From a virus: DNA of 64,000 nt. The position numbers were made by a program, and so were the translations under genes. The notes below the pieces were generated by a model, which did no database searches, was not told where the DNA came from, and saw only the letters and a program-made list of their open reading frames with translations. Where the stretch lies: the UHGV virus genome UHGV-0311442; one strand, 5' to 3'. How positions within the stretch are numbered: position 1 is the first letter of the stretch; each line of letters starts with the position of its first letter. Positions 47,249 to 56,682 of this stretch are shown here, piece after piece.

Positions 47249-47728
47249 ATGCTAAAACGTTTTCTACTTGTTGTAACTGCAGCACTTTCGTTGGCAAGCT
47301 GTGCCCTACAACCCACCGCTAACGGTCAATTCTCGACTGTACCCGTAGAGCCACACGACATGGTTATTTACACCTGTATGGGTGTTGAGCAAGATTTTGC
47401 AAATTACAAACCTGTCGTCAGTTCGACTAACCTAATGTTAGGTTCAGTAACTGTAGTCGATACTGGTGCTAACTGGGTAGCCACTTGGCCAAACGGTAAG
47501 ATTGAATCACCACAACTTTATAAAGATCTATTAGGTAAAGTTAATGGGAATATCGATCCTATCACGGGACAACGTTACTACCGTGTAAATGGACTACTTT
47601 CAAAAACGCCAACATTTGCGTATTCTACTTTAGAATATAAAACGGGCGATGGTAAAGGCATTACTTTCTTCCACTGTAAGGAAGGTGTAGCTCCTGACAG
47701 TGGAACAATGCTCCATCCTGCGGAATAA
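47249..47728 (+). CDS. lipoprotein (159 aa)
   Basis: signal peptide with lipobox LASC (MLKRFLLVVTAALSLASC); own terminator; opposite strand to neighbours. Confidence 0.6.
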   Translation: MLKRFLLVVTAALSLASCALQPTANGQFSTVPVEPHDMVIYTCMGVEQDFANYKPVVSSTNLMLGSVTVVDTGANWVATWPNGKIESPQLYKDLLGKVNGNIDPITGQRYYRVNGLLSKTPTFAYSTLEYKTGDGKGITFFHCKEGVAPDSGTMLHPAE

Positions 47729-47735
47729 TAAAAAC

Positions 47736-47773
47736 TACCCTACTCCCGATAAGGAGTAGGGTATATTGATTTT
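47736..47773 (+). terminator. rho-independent terminator
   Basis: hairpin TACCCTACTCC-cgataa-GGAGTAGGGTA followed by TATTGATTTT. Confidence 0.6.
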
Positions 47774-47846
47774 AACCGTCAAATCGTGCGTAAAACGCAT
47801 TCTAAGCGTCTTTATACAAAATAAGGTATAAACGCCTTAGAAATAG

Positions 47847-48362
47847 TTAAATCTCGACTAAAGCGCTCCAATCGATTGGTTTTTGCTTAACCACTTTCAC
47901 AGTACCACGATTTGGTGACCAGAAAGTAATGTTAGGTTGATTACGAACGTCGATGTGTAACCAGCTGATGTCACATTCAATAAAGTGAATGAACGGAAAC
48001 TCATCAGGGTTAGCAGCGATATAGTCGTGAACCTGTTTTACGGTGCTATCCAACAACGTTGCATCAATTGCGTTACCGAATTTGTGTTGACTTCCTGAAT
48101 CGGCGTAAAGCTGTAACGCACGTTGTTTATAACTACCGCCCTTAGGCTTTTCTTGATTAATAAAGAAATCTAAAGTTCTTAGTCCGCGTTGTTGCGCAGC
48201 GGTTGAGTTAATCACCATTCTACCGAAACGGTTACGAATCTGTTGCAGTGAAATCATTAGCAACGGGTTCATAAACCGGATTGCAGAATCGCCGTATTTG
48301 GCAATATAAGACTGTGGTACTAACTCTCTGAGTTTAAAATTACTCGGATTTGGATGAAACAT
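47847..48362 (-). CDS. peptidase M15-family cell-wall peptidase
   Basis: SGSQHKFGNAIDA and WLHIDVR motifs (zinc ligands of M15 D,D-/L,D-peptidases); GGGAGGGAAG RBS. Confidence 0.6.
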   Translation of the reverse strand: MFHPNPSNFKLRELVPQSYIAKYGDSAIRFMNPLLMISLQQIRNRFGRMVINSTAAQQRGLRTLDFFINQEKPKGGSYKQRALQLYADSGSQHKFGNAIDATLLDSTVKQVHDYIAANPDEFPFIHFIECDISWLHIDVRNQPNITFWSPNRGTVKVVKQKPIDWSALVEI

Positions 48363-49005
48363 CTTCCCTCCCAGACAGAAAAGCGCGTTTGATGTTCAGG
48401 TATTTGACATTAACGGGCTGATCTGTGGTGATATCAATACGTTCGTGGTCAGGGATTGCAGGTTCCTTAAACTCGCGAACGAATAAATAGTTTCGATTAT
48501 AATCTAACGTACGAAACGCGTTAGTGTTGTAGGATGGCTTTGCATTAGGATCTACGTAGGAATCCCAGCCGAATTCAACGACGGCCTTATAAAATGTTTG
48601 GCAGATATAAGGTGAGATTTCCAACGACTGCATAATACGCAGGAACGTTAAATCAGAGAACTCTTTATCGATAATACGCGAAACGTTACCACCCGGTGTC
48701 ATGGGATAGCTACGCTCCGTGTTACATTTTTGATAGAGTAGGTCGTGAATGCAGGCCGCAGGTGCCCACGGTCCGTCAGGATGGAAAATTCCCTGGAGGT
48801 GTTCAGGAATTGACGCTAAATCGGTAACGAACCCTTTCGGTGCTGTTAACCACAGTTGCGTGTCAGGCAATACACCCGTTAAATAAACCGCACGGTCTAA
48901 GTGTACGTGGTCGTGATAAATCTCACGTAACGTAAACGGATAATGGTAATCCTCCGTTAATACAAACCACTTATTGTCTAAACGTTTATATTGAAACTTC
49001 TCCAT
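48340..49005 (-). CDS. DUF1353-like protein
   Basis: TDLASIPEHLQGIFHPDGPWAPAACIHDLLY resembles the DUF1353 D-x-AS-x-P...HD pattern; start re-set to ATG 49005. Confidence 0.4.
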   Translation of the reverse strand: MEKFQYKRLDNKWFVLTEDYHYPFTLREIYHDHVHLDRAVYLTGVLPDTQLWLTAPKGFVTDLASIPEHLQGIFHPDGPWAPAACIHDLLYQKCNTERSYPMTPGGNVSRIIDKEFSDLTFLRIMQSLEISPYICQTFYKAVVEFGWDSYVDPNAKPSYNTNAFRTLDYNRNYLFVREFKEPAIPDHERIDITTDQPVNVKYLNIKRAFLSGREDVSSKSE

Positions 49006-49121
49006 TACCCACACCTTCCCTTATAGAAACCAGAAAAATTCGCATCCACGCTTTTCGTCTTTACGTTTTCGTCCAGACGTTAACGCTTTCCACAATAGTG
49101 CTAAGAGTTTAGCAAACCAGT

Positions 49122-49712
49122 TCATTTTACTAACCCCGCCTTCACTACATAATCCGGCATTTCCCTGAACACACGTGCGTACCAGCCGTAAGCGAATTTT
49201 TCATTCTTCTTACGCTTTTCGGAGATTTCTGTGTAGTAGGTTACCTGGTGTGAGATTAACGCAAAGATTAAGATGCCTAACCCCTCGTCTTTACGGTAAT
49301 TCAGATAAGCATTCAGGGCACCTAGCGTTTTAGGTCCCATACCGCCGTCGGTGTCAATATCTGCGTAAAGTTTCCCTTCGTTATTTAAAACGTTCAGAAT
49401 ACGTTGTAACGATTTCACACAGTTAACGCGGCCAGAGTTAATAGCAAAATCAAACATCCGGTCTGCGAGTAAGGGTGAAATAGCTAAAATCTCATCGAGT
49501 TTAAGTTTCTTCCACCAACCGCGATCGTAAATATCAAACGCCTGCGCACGGGTCAGATCCTTCATTTTTCCTTTATACCCGTATTCGCGTGCAGTTGTTA
49601 GTGTTACACCGTGACAGGTTTCCCCACCTTTATCGTCAGGGTCGTTTACGTACCCGCCTTCTAAATCTGTTTTCGAAGCAATAATACCTTCTTTAGTCCA
49701 ACGTTCGGCCAT
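49122..49712 (-). CDS. GH108-type muramidase with peptidoglycan-binding domain (endolysin candidate)
   Basis: N-terminal DLEGGYVNDPDDKGGETCHGVT (EGGY catalytic motif of GH108) plus C-terminal PG-binding-like region; GAGGAG RBS. Confidence 0.7.
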   Translation of the reverse strand: MAERWTKEGIIASKTDLEGGYVNDPDDKGGETCHGVTLTTAREYGYKGKMKDLTRAQAFDIYDRGWWKKLKLDEILAISPLLADRMFDFAINSGRVNCVKSLQRILNVLNNEGKLYADIDTDGGMGPKTLGALNAYLNYRKDEGLGILIFALISHQVTYYTEISEKRKKNEKFAYGWYARVFREMPDYVVKAGLVK

Positions 49713-49734
49713 TTTGTTTAACTCCTCTTTTACA

Positions 49735-49769
49735 CAAAAAAAGAAAAGAGGGTGGGATTACCCCACCCT
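49735..49769 (-). terminator. rho-independent terminator
   Basis: hairpin AGGGTGGG-atta-CCCACCCT with T-run on minus strand. Confidence 0.55.
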
Positions 49770-49773
49770 GTCG

Positions 49774-50250
49774 TTATTTCTTCTTAGCGCGTGATGGCTT
49801 AGCTGGCGGTGTTTCAACAGTCGGTTTACGCGCAACGCGCACTGTAAAACCACCGACCCAGGTTAGGCACTCAGGACGGAAGAAAATGCCGTGCTCGATT
49901 GCACTGCCGCCCAGCGGTAACTCACCAACCTGCTCTACCCATACGTCGTCTTCAGTAAGGGTTAAGCCATACTGTTCGTTAATTACAGGCAACAGGTCCG
50001 CAGTCGTGGTGGCTGTTTCAACTAACAGTTTCGGCAATACGTTGAGGAAATACAAACCGGCATCGATGCGGTTATACTGGAACGTTTGCTTATTAGCATA
50101 ACCGAGATTCTTAACCGCCACAACCGTAATTTCGGTATTGTACGCACCGGTACTTACGACGGGCTCACCCAATGTAACTTTGGCGGTGTCGAACTCAGCG
50201 TCTGGGTTAGCCTTTTTAATAAGGTCGAAGATAGTTTCTTGACTGGTCAT
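49774..50250 (-). CDS. five-member paralog family protein (158 aa)
   Basis: N-terminal pattern and DLLPVINEQYGLTLTEDDV shared with 50264 and 61107. Confidence 0.55.
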   Translation of the reverse strand: MTSQETIFDLIKKANPDAEFDTAKVTLGEPVVSTGAYNTEITVVAVKNLGYANKQTFQYNRIDAGLYFLNVLPKLLVETATTTADLLPVINEQYGLTLTEDDVWVEQVGELPLGGSAIEHGIFFRPECLTWVGGFTVRVARKPTVETPPAKPSRAKKK

Positions 50251-50263
50251 TACTGTAATCCTC

Positions 50264-51112
50264 TTAATCTAAGAATCCCGGTAAGACCGAATTAGTTTTA
50301 GCTAATTCAATCTTCGACTTCGGACGATCGGTACCGTTAAAGTGGATTAACAGATTACCGGTCAGGTTAGCACACAGTCCACTGAGTGCGAGTACCAGCA
50401 CACGTGTGTACTTTGTGTTTGCGCCTTCGTAACCTGCGGTAGGCCCATCGTAGATAACCTTAGCACCGTAGAGGTTATTAGCAGCGTTCTTAGGTACGCT
50501 TACCCATATCTCATCAACGACGTTAGTCAGTTTAGTGGCTAACTCAGCCAGGTCGACGGTGTCGTTAATGGTAATCGGATCAAGGTAATCTTTTTCTGCT
50601 GTGAAATCAATTGGATAAGAATAAACCGCAGCGTTACCTTTCTTAGTGGACGGATACTCTACCAGGTTTTCTAATTGAGTAACAGGTAACAGTTTAGCCA
50701 GATCAATAGGATCGCGTAGCGTAAGTGTTACTTCGCCACACCACTCGTAGGATTTCTCGTTAGCGGTAAGCTGATGGGTTTCACCTTCAACTTTCGCATC
50801 AACGATATCCGACGGCAGAATATTTAAATCGTATTTTGCATTGATTGCATTAAGCAAATCTGCAGCGGTTACAACACCGTCGTTACCAAACACCAACTCA
50901 CCTGTTAGGTATTCGGGCAAATTACGACGATGGTAAGTCACAGTTAAAGTAGTAGACTCATCGCCTTTGAGTTTAGAAGTCAGAACCACCTGGGTATCAA
51001 CCCCAGTACCAGTAGGTTCGCCGATATCAACATCACTGAAGGTCAATGGCGGAACAATATTGTTTTCAGTGTTGATGAGTTTTAGCAGTTTCTGTTTTGA
51101 CGTAAGAGACAT
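50264..51112 (-). CDS. five-member paralog family protein, extended (282 aa)
   Basis: N-terminal KLINTENN...TFSDVDIG...LTVTYHRR and DLLNAINAKYDL. Confidence 0.55.
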   Translation of the reverse strand: MSLTSKQKLLKLINTENNIVPPLTFSDVDIGEPTGTGVDTQVVLTSKLKGDESTTLTVTYHRRNLPEYLTGELVFGNDGVVTAADLLNAINAKYDLNILPSDIVDAKVEGETHQLTANEKSYEWCGEVTLTLRDPIDLAKLLPVTQLENLVEYPSTKKGNAAVYSYPIDFTAEKDYLDPITINDTVDLAELATKLTNVVDEIWVSVPKNAANNLYGAKVIYDGPTAGYEGANTKYTRVLVLALSGLCANLTGNLLIHFNGTDRPKSKIELAKTNSVLPGFLD

Positions 51113-51234
51113 CGCGTTAACTCACAATAAGTAAAAAGGTTTAAGAGGTCGTTTTACATCCCTCAGCCAGCATAGGAATAGTCGAGTAGAGGGTAAGCAA
51201 AGTAGTGTCGAAATAACAAAAAAGAAAAGGGAAA

Positions 51235-51271
51235 GAAAATTAATTCCGCTATAGACCGAAGCCTATAGCGG
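51235..51271 (-). terminator. possible terminator hairpin
   Basis: CCGCTATAG-accgaagc-CTATAGCGG downstream of 51279..51710. Confidence 0.35.
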
Positions 51272-51278
51272 AGAGAGG

Positions 51279-51710
51279 TTAGCGAACGTTATGTGCTAAG
51301 TACATCAGAGAACGAGTGTCGGTGTCACGATAAGTTTGTGACATCTGGCTCAGTAACTTGTTGGCGGTAGGATCGCTATAAAGACGTTTTAACCATTCGT
51401 CAACCATTTCTGGTACAGTGTCGACCAGCAGTGGATAGTTAAGATTTTCCAGTGTGTATTCAACGAATTCGTGCATCAGATTCTGGTCACGATGCATGGT
51501 GTCACCTAACTCACCTGCGGGATACTCTTCACGAGGACGTTTACCCCAGCTGCAAATCTCCATATAGGCCGTGTTTACAATCTCTTTGTATTCCTCTAAC
51601 TTAAGTAAATCGAAGCCAGCATTCGGGCGGCAGAAACCTACTAAAACGCTCAGAGCAATAGGGTTGTTACGAACGTAGTTACGGATTTCATCATTTAATA
51701 CGAAAAACAT
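51279..51710 (-). CDS. hypothetical protein (143 aa), paralog of 52914..53342
   Basis: aligned N-termini (NDEIRNYVRNNPIALSVL vs NSDLRDYIRQYPASIPVL) and shared W-x-R-L...DP motif. Confidence 0.55.
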   Translation of the reverse strand: MFFVLNDEIRNYVRNNPIALSVLVGFCRPNAGFDLLKLEEYKEIVNTAYMEICSWGKRPREEYPAGELGDTMHRDQNLMHEFVEYTLENLNYPLLVDTVPEMVDEWLKRLYSDPTANKLLSQMSQTYRDTDTRSLMYLAHNVR

Positions 51711-51742
51711 TTTAATACTCCTTTAGGTAAATACAATAATGG

Positions 51743-51762
51743 AGGGGTGGTTTACCACCCCT
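51743..51762 (-). terminator. possible terminator hairpin
   Basis: GGGGTGG-ttta-CCACCCC after stop of 51780..52892; weak T-run. Confidence 0.35.
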
Positions 51763-51779
51763 TGTACGATTTTAGTTAA

Positions 51780-52892
51780 TTAACGAAATTTTTGACAAGC
51801 AGGGCAATCGCAGCCTATGCCAGATGATATTTCTCTAAAGATCGCGTCGATCGAGTGCTCATTATTCTTAAGAAAACGAGCTCCCGCCAAGTCACGCAGA
51901 TGAGTTTTTAACTTTCCGATAATACCGGGTTCATAGTTGAGTAGAATGGTAAGTGTATTGTCTGTGTAAGTCCACTGACGGACTTTCTCAGGAAACCAAC
52001 GAGCGATATCACGCATAAACTTATCGGCATCTTCTTTCCCAATAGTAGTGATTGTCAGAAGACGTAGACGATTGTCAACAATCTCATTAATGAGGTTGCT
52101 AATTTCTTCGTCAAGAGCAGCGTCCCACCATTTCCATTTAATGATGAGTTTTTCGCCCTCGAGTTTAGTCTCTACTTTGGTAGGATAGAAAGCTGTCAAG
52201 GTATCATTAATCGCTTCGGCCTCTGGGCCAGTGTAAGTAAAGGAATACGGTTCTTCGAACCATTTAATAACGTCAGGATCATTATCAACAAGCACGGTTA
52301 GCGTGCCGTCGACATAATTAGACCCACGAATTTTCTCCTTGTATTCGTGAACAGCACTACGCATGAGTTCATCAGCGGTATCTTTTCCGATACCATGAAT
52401 CGAAATAAGTCGAACGGCATCGTTATCGATCAGCTCAGCGATAGAACTAATTTCTTCCATGAGATTACGATCGTCTTTCTTCAATCGAACGACGATCTTA
52501 TCGTTATCCGAATAAATGCCTAAATCGTCGGGATAGAGGGTCTCTAACGCTTCTTTAATTTCCTTAATCTTCTTACCTTCGTACCAGAGGACGTGTGGTT
52601 CGTCTTTCTGCTGTTCTTCTACTTTCGGTTGTTCAGTCTCGGTCGTTTCCACCCGAGTGTTCGTGGTACCTTCTGCTGGGTTGAGTAACTCACCGATTTC
52701 TTTCGCGATAGTGTCGCAAAGATAATCGTTGCAGTGAGTCCAGTAGAATACGATGCTTTCATCGTTGACCTGCTCTACACGGAAATGTACACCTTTATCC
52801 AGGAATATGCGATAAAGTTGATCAAGTAACTGTGCTTCAGGAACCGGACGGATTTCAGTTTTAACGAGCGGGGTAATTTCGATATTAAACAT
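51780..52892 (-). CDS. hypothetical protein with internal duplication and C-terminal Cys cluster (370 aa)
   Basis: two ~65-aa repeats; C-terminal CDCPACQKF. Confidence 0.55.
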   Translation of the reverse strand: MFNIEITPLVKTEIRPVPEAQLLDQLYRIFLDKGVHFRVEQVNDESIVFYWTHCNDYLCDTIAKEIGELLNPAEGTTNTRVETTETEQPKVEEQQKDEPHVLWYEGKKIKEIKEALETLYPDDLGIYSDNDKIVVRLKKDDRNLMEEISSIAELIDNDAVRLISIHGIGKDTADELMRSAVHEYKEKIRGSNYVDGTLTVLVDNDPDVIKWFEEPYSFTYTGPEAEAINDTLTAFYPTKVETKLEGEKLIIKWKWWDAALDEEISNLINEIVDNRLRLLTITTIGKEDADKFMRDIARWFPEKVRQWTYTDNTLTILLNYEPGIIGKLKTHLRDLAGARFLKNNEHSIDAIFREISSGIGCDCPACQKFR

Positions 52893-52913
52893 GTCATTTT
52901 TCCTTTTGGTAAA

Positions 52914-53342
52914 TTAGCTGTAATTGTGCTTAAAGAACTCTAAAGCACGCTGGTCGTTTGTAATCGCCGTTGTGGACATTCGTTTTAACGCCTGGCGGCA
53001 GTAAGGGTCGTTCAGAATACGTTGCTGCCAAGCGTTGACTATTTCCGTCACTGTTTCCCCTTCTACAGCAGTGTTAAGTTTATCGAGGCAGTGCCGTCCT
53101 AACAGAAACGCAACTGCGTAATCGGTAAACATCTCGGTGCCGAAATCCCCGTCGGGATAATCGCAACGTTTACGTACCGACGTTGCGGTAATGGAGTTAT
53201 AAGCGGTTTTTATTATCTCGTGGAACTGTTCCACCGTTAAGATGTTAACGTCAGTACCTGAAAGCGTAAGCGATGCCAGTACAGGAATACTGGCTGGGTA
53301 CTGACGGATGTAATCACGCAAATCTGAATTGAGCGTTTTCAT
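52914..53342 (-). CDS. hypothetical protein (142 aa), paralog of 51279..51710
   Basis: see 51279..51710. Confidence 0.55.
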   Translation of the reverse strand: MKTLNSDLRDYIRQYPASIPVLASLTLSGTDVNILTVEQFHEIIKTAYNSITATSVRKRCDYPDGDFGTEMFTDYAVAFLLGRHCLDKLNTAVEGETVTEIVNAWQQRILNDPYCRQALKRMSTTAITNDQRALEFFKHNYS

Positions 53343-54090
53343 TCATGAACCCTTTTGTTTTTATCCAATATAAGCAATTTGCACCAACCTGAACTGGCTC
53401 GATCCTATCAAGTTCTTCCATCAGAGCCAGATAAGTTTGCCAAACGGTTTGACGTTCGAAGAAAAATGATGTTGTGCCATTAGACCTAAGACATGCACGT
53501 ACTAAGTGCTCGGTTTGTGAAAACTGTATATTAACGTTGTTCAGGACACGTTGTATAGTATCAGAGTCGTAATGCGCGAAACGATCTTTGTGTACCAGAA
53601 CCATCTCTATAGGCGAGGAATCGTCATTGACTGAAAAAGGTTCGTCAATGCGAATAAGGTTATTCCGGTGAGGTACCCCATCGTAACCGAGCGTATAGAC
53701 ATCCATACCTTCCCCCGGGTTACAGTCGAAATACTCCAGAATTTTATCAGCGTTTTTCTCCGCCGAACGTTTAAAGTAAACAATATAAACGGTATGACTA
53801 ATCTTCTCAACTTCGTATACTTTTTCGGAGAACGATCTGAAAATTGCCATGACGTTTAATCTTCCTTTGTCTTTAGCAACGTAACTTGCAACTAAACACG
53901 TTGCTTCACCACGAAGAACATCGTCAATGAACTCTTTTGCTCGTTTTAATTCATCCTCGTTAAAACCACCGATAGTGAGCTCATTCCCATAAATCTGATA
54001 AGCAAGATGTGGAGTAACGTTTTTCAGGAAACTCGTAATGATGTGCGTGTATGCCCAAAGACTACTATTCTTAAACTCGATAGTTTTCAT
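53314..54090 (-). CDS. hypothetical protein (258 aa)
   Basis: ORF track. Confidence 0.5.
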   Translation of the reverse strand: MKTIEFKNSSLWAYTHIITSFLKNVTPHLAYQIYGNELTIGGFNEDELKRAKEFIDDVLRGEATCLVASYVAKDKGRLNVMAIFRSFSEKVYEVEKISHTVYIVYFKRSAEKNADKILEYFDCNPGEGMDVYTLGYDGVPHRNNLIRIDEPFSVNDDSSPIEMVLVHKDRFAHYDSDTIQRVLNNVNIQFSQTEHLVRACLRSNGTTSFFFERQTVWQTYLALMEELDRIEPVQVGANCLYWIKTKGFMNENAQFRFA

Positions 54091-54134
54091 TTTATTTTCC
54101 TTTTGGTTTTACAAGCTGAAACGTTAATTTACGC

Positions 54135-54629
54135 TTAGAGGTGTTTTCCGATAACTTCCGAAACTAATTCGTAAAGGTCATCGTCACTGCACACGTCTAC
54201 GCTAATTCCGATATCGATACTACGACTGCGGAACCCTACTTTGAGCGTTTTACCGAATTCGGTTTGTAGGGCTTTATAGAGTCTATTCTTATCTTCTTTA
54301 AAGAGAGGAACAGGTAGTCTAACAGTGAACTTGTAATGTTCTTTCGAAACAAGTTCGTTAGAATAATTAAAACGTTTAGCCACACGGGTTCCGACAATCT
54401 GTGTTATCAGCTTAAACATTTCTTCGTCACTATACGGAGTTGCGCCATAACCGATATCAATAGAATTTCTACGGAATCCTGCGCAGAATAATGCACCGAA
54501 TTGCTCACGGAATTCTTTGTATAGAACATCTTTTTCTACATCCCACAGCCCGTAACCCAAGTCAACAGTGAATTTGTATTTTTCTTTGTCAACTAATTCG
54601 TTAGTGTAATCAAGTCTAGTGAAGTTCAT
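54135..54629 (-). CDS. tandem-duplicated ~80-aa domain protein (164 aa)
   Basis: two repeats sharing NELV-KE-YKFTV...LYK...FG...GFR-SIDIG...CSD..L. Confidence 0.55.
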   Translation of the reverse strand: MNFTRLDYTNELVDKEKYKFTVDLGYGLWDVEKDVLYKEFREQFGALFCAGFRRNSIDIGYGATPYSDEEMFKLITQIVGTRVAKRFNYSNELVSKEHYKFTVRLPVPLFKEDKNRLYKALQTEFGKTLKVGFRSRSIDIGISVDVCSDDDLYELVSEVIGKHL

Positions 54630-54676
54630 GGTATATTCTCCTAAAATGGTTTTCGTTAAGTGAGAGCTTTTGTACT

Positions 54677-54710
54677 CTCACCTAAGTAATATATATCTGA
54701 AATTATTTTT
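54677..54710 (-). promoter_or_regulatory. conserved promoter-like motif, copy 3
   Basis: minus-strand reading AATAATTTCAGATATATATTACTTAGGTGAGAG, then hairpin and RBS of 54135..54629. Confidence 0.45.
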
Positions 54711-54711
54711 A

Positions 54712-54993
54712 TTAAAAACCCGCAATAAAACTGCCTAGCGAGACACGTTGCAAGTATTTTGGTTTGCGTGCCAGGTAACAGTTCTTAGGATTACCTATTG
54801 CCATCTGTGCAACTGCACGTTCTAAACGCGGCGCTTCTAAGATGGCACGATAGTTCCCTTCGTAGTGCATCAACCACGCACACTCTTCAACAAAACGTTT
54901 TGCTTCTCGGTATTCTAACGTACGAATTAACTTCTTGCCCCGGTATTGTTTTACATCACCGTTTTGACAAAATACAATAGTTTCACGCTTCAT
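54712..54993 (-). CDS. hypothetical protein (93 aa)
   Basis: ORF track. Confidence 0.45.
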   Translation of the reverse strand: MKRETIVFCQNGDVKQYRGKKLIRTLEYREAKRFVEECAWLMHYEGNYRAILEAPRLERAVAQMAIGNPKNCYLARKPKYLQRVSLGSFIAGF

Positions 54994-55294
54994 TGATAAT
55001 CTCCCAGTTCGCTCTTATAATCTCACGTTTACAGTCTTCAATATCTTTACGGTAAAACGTCGTTTTTTCTTTTAATAGCTTTAATATCTCCTCTTTAGGC
55101 AATTTCCCCTCACAACCCAATTCAGCAATAGCACAAACGAGAACAGTCAAATATTCTACTGAACCGGTTTTCGCACGATATTCAGAGATAAGTTCTTGTT
55201 GTGTTTCAACGGTTTCTTCTAATAACTTGATATATTCTTCGTGCTTTGCGCACGCTTTGCATTTTCCGAAACCTAGCAATTTAAAAACCACTAT
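54983..55294 (-). CDS. hypothetical protein with CxxC (103 aa), GTG start
   Basis: AAGGAGG 5 nt before GTG at 55294; the track ATG at 55330 lacks an RBS. Confidence 0.45.
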   Translation of the reverse strand: MVVFKLLGFGKCKACAKHEEYIKLLEETVETQQELISEYRAKTGSVEYLTVLVCAIAELGCEGKLPKEEILKLLKEKTTFYRKDIEDCKREIIRANWEIINEA

Positions 55295-55592
55295 TACCTC
55301 CTTTGGCAATCCAGGTCGCCACACGCACATGAGCGTCTTGAAAAGACGATATGAGCAAGATCACACCGCCTAACGTACGAGGGACGCGTAAGGCTTCGTA
55401 ACGACGGCAGTAAGAACGTACGCAATACTCGGAACCTAAGATAACGATTTCGCAGTATTCTGAACGAATAGGTAGTAGTTGAGAAACGAGTTTATCGCAC
55501 GTTTCTTTATTGTCTTCTAACAACCCACCACGGAGAATATAGTTGACAATGTTCTCAGGTACCGATGTGTTTGTGATTTTACTTTCCATCAT
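55281..55592 (-). CDS. hypothetical Cys-containing protein (103 aa)
   Basis: AGGAG RBS. Confidence 0.5.
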   Translation of the reverse strand: MMESKITNTSVPENIVNYILRGGLLEDNKETCDKLVSQLLPIRSEYCEIVILGSEYCVRSYCRRYEALRVPRTLGGVILLISSFQDAHVRVATWIAKGGNSGF

Positions 55593-55978
55593 TAAACTCC
55601 TATAGTGATCTCCGTAATGTGCATTCTTCGCATCTCACGGGTCATTCTGTCTATTGCTCGTTGACACTCGAATAAATTGTCGTAGTATTTCTGGGCGGTA
55701 ACGTTGAATATAATCCGACCTTCTTTCAATTGTTTAGCAACGACTTTTGTAGTTTCCGATTCAAACAGCAAACCACCTTCCCTGCCGATCTTAACTAAAA
55801 CGTCACGAATGATAACGTTTATAAGCTCACCATTTGGGGAAACCACGATTTCCGTATACCAATCGCCCTCGCTAACGATACGTTGTACCCTTTCACCGCA
55901 TAGCCAGTTTTTAACTTTCCCGTTAACATACAGTTGGGCTTTCAGTAACAAACGTCTTTTAATGTAAGATAAACGCAT
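55592..55978 (-). CDS. hypothetical protein (128 aa), paralog of 55982..56356
   Basis: shared GDWYTEI...IGREGG...F...TAQ core. Confidence 0.55.
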   Translation of the reverse strand: MRLSYIKRRLLLKAQLYVNGKVKNWLCGERVQRIVSEGDWYTEIVVSPNGELINVIIRDVLVKIGREGGLLFESETTKVVAKQLKEGRIIFNVTAQKYYDNLFECQRAIDRMTREMRRMHITEITIGV

Positions 55979-55981
55979 CTT

Positions 55982-56356
55982 TTAAACCTCCACCGTAGTT
56001 CGTTCAGTTTCTTTAATAAACTTACTAAGCGATTCATTTAAACGTTTTACTCTTTCACCAAACTTAACTACTGTATCGTAAAGGCATTGTGCTGTACCGT
56101 TAAATAAAATCGGACCGTTTTTTAACTCCAGGGCAGAAACTTGATAGTATTCAGAGTTGAAGATTGCTCCTCCCTCGCGTCCTATTCTAACAACTACGTT
56201 ACGAACTTGTATGTTTTGTAACCCACCGTTTGCTAACGTAATAATCTCTGTATACCAGTCACCCGATTTAACTACCGTTGTGACATTCTTGCCGCAAGCC
56301 CAGGTTTTAAACGAAGTGTCTAGCCAACATCTGAATTTGTATAACAGTAATGACAT
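55982..56356 (-). CDS. hypothetical protein (124 aa), paralog of 55592..55978
   Basis: GGAGGAG RBS; see above. Confidence 0.55.
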   Translation of the reverse strand: MSLLLYKFRCWLDTSFKTWACGKNVTTVVKSGDWYTEIITLANGGLQNIQVRNVVVRIGREGGAIFNSEYYQVSALELKNGPILFNGTAQCLYDTVVKFGERVKRLNESLSKFIKETERTTVEV

Positions 56357-56398
56357 ATCGTTACTCCTCCCTCTCAGGATTTCCTGAGAGGGGTTATA

Positions 56399-56680
56399 TC
56401 ACAGTTTCTCTTCTATTGTATCTAATCGAACTAACGCATCGTGACTGACTTTCCGTGCGTGTCCGATTGTCCCACCGAGGGCTTTTGTTGTTGGGTCTAA
56501 GGTATTCAGACGGTGATACTGATAATCGATATCACGTATACAACGCGCCTGTTGTTTTACCATCCGAATTAATAGTCGTTTGGTTTGACGATTGTTACTA
56601 AGCTCCTGCCGTAATCGCGTGTTTTCTTTATAAAGCTCCTGTTGACGTGAGTTAATTAAACCCAACAACCAATCTAACAT
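56399..56680 (-). CDS. hypothetical coiled-coil protein (93 aa)
   Basis: ORF track. Confidence 0.45.
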   Translation of the reverse strand: MLDWLLGLINSRQQELYKENTRLRQELSNNRQTKRLLIRMVKQQARCIRDIDYQYHRLNTLDPTTKALGGTIGHARKVSHDALVRLDTIEEKL

Positions 56681-56682
56681 TT

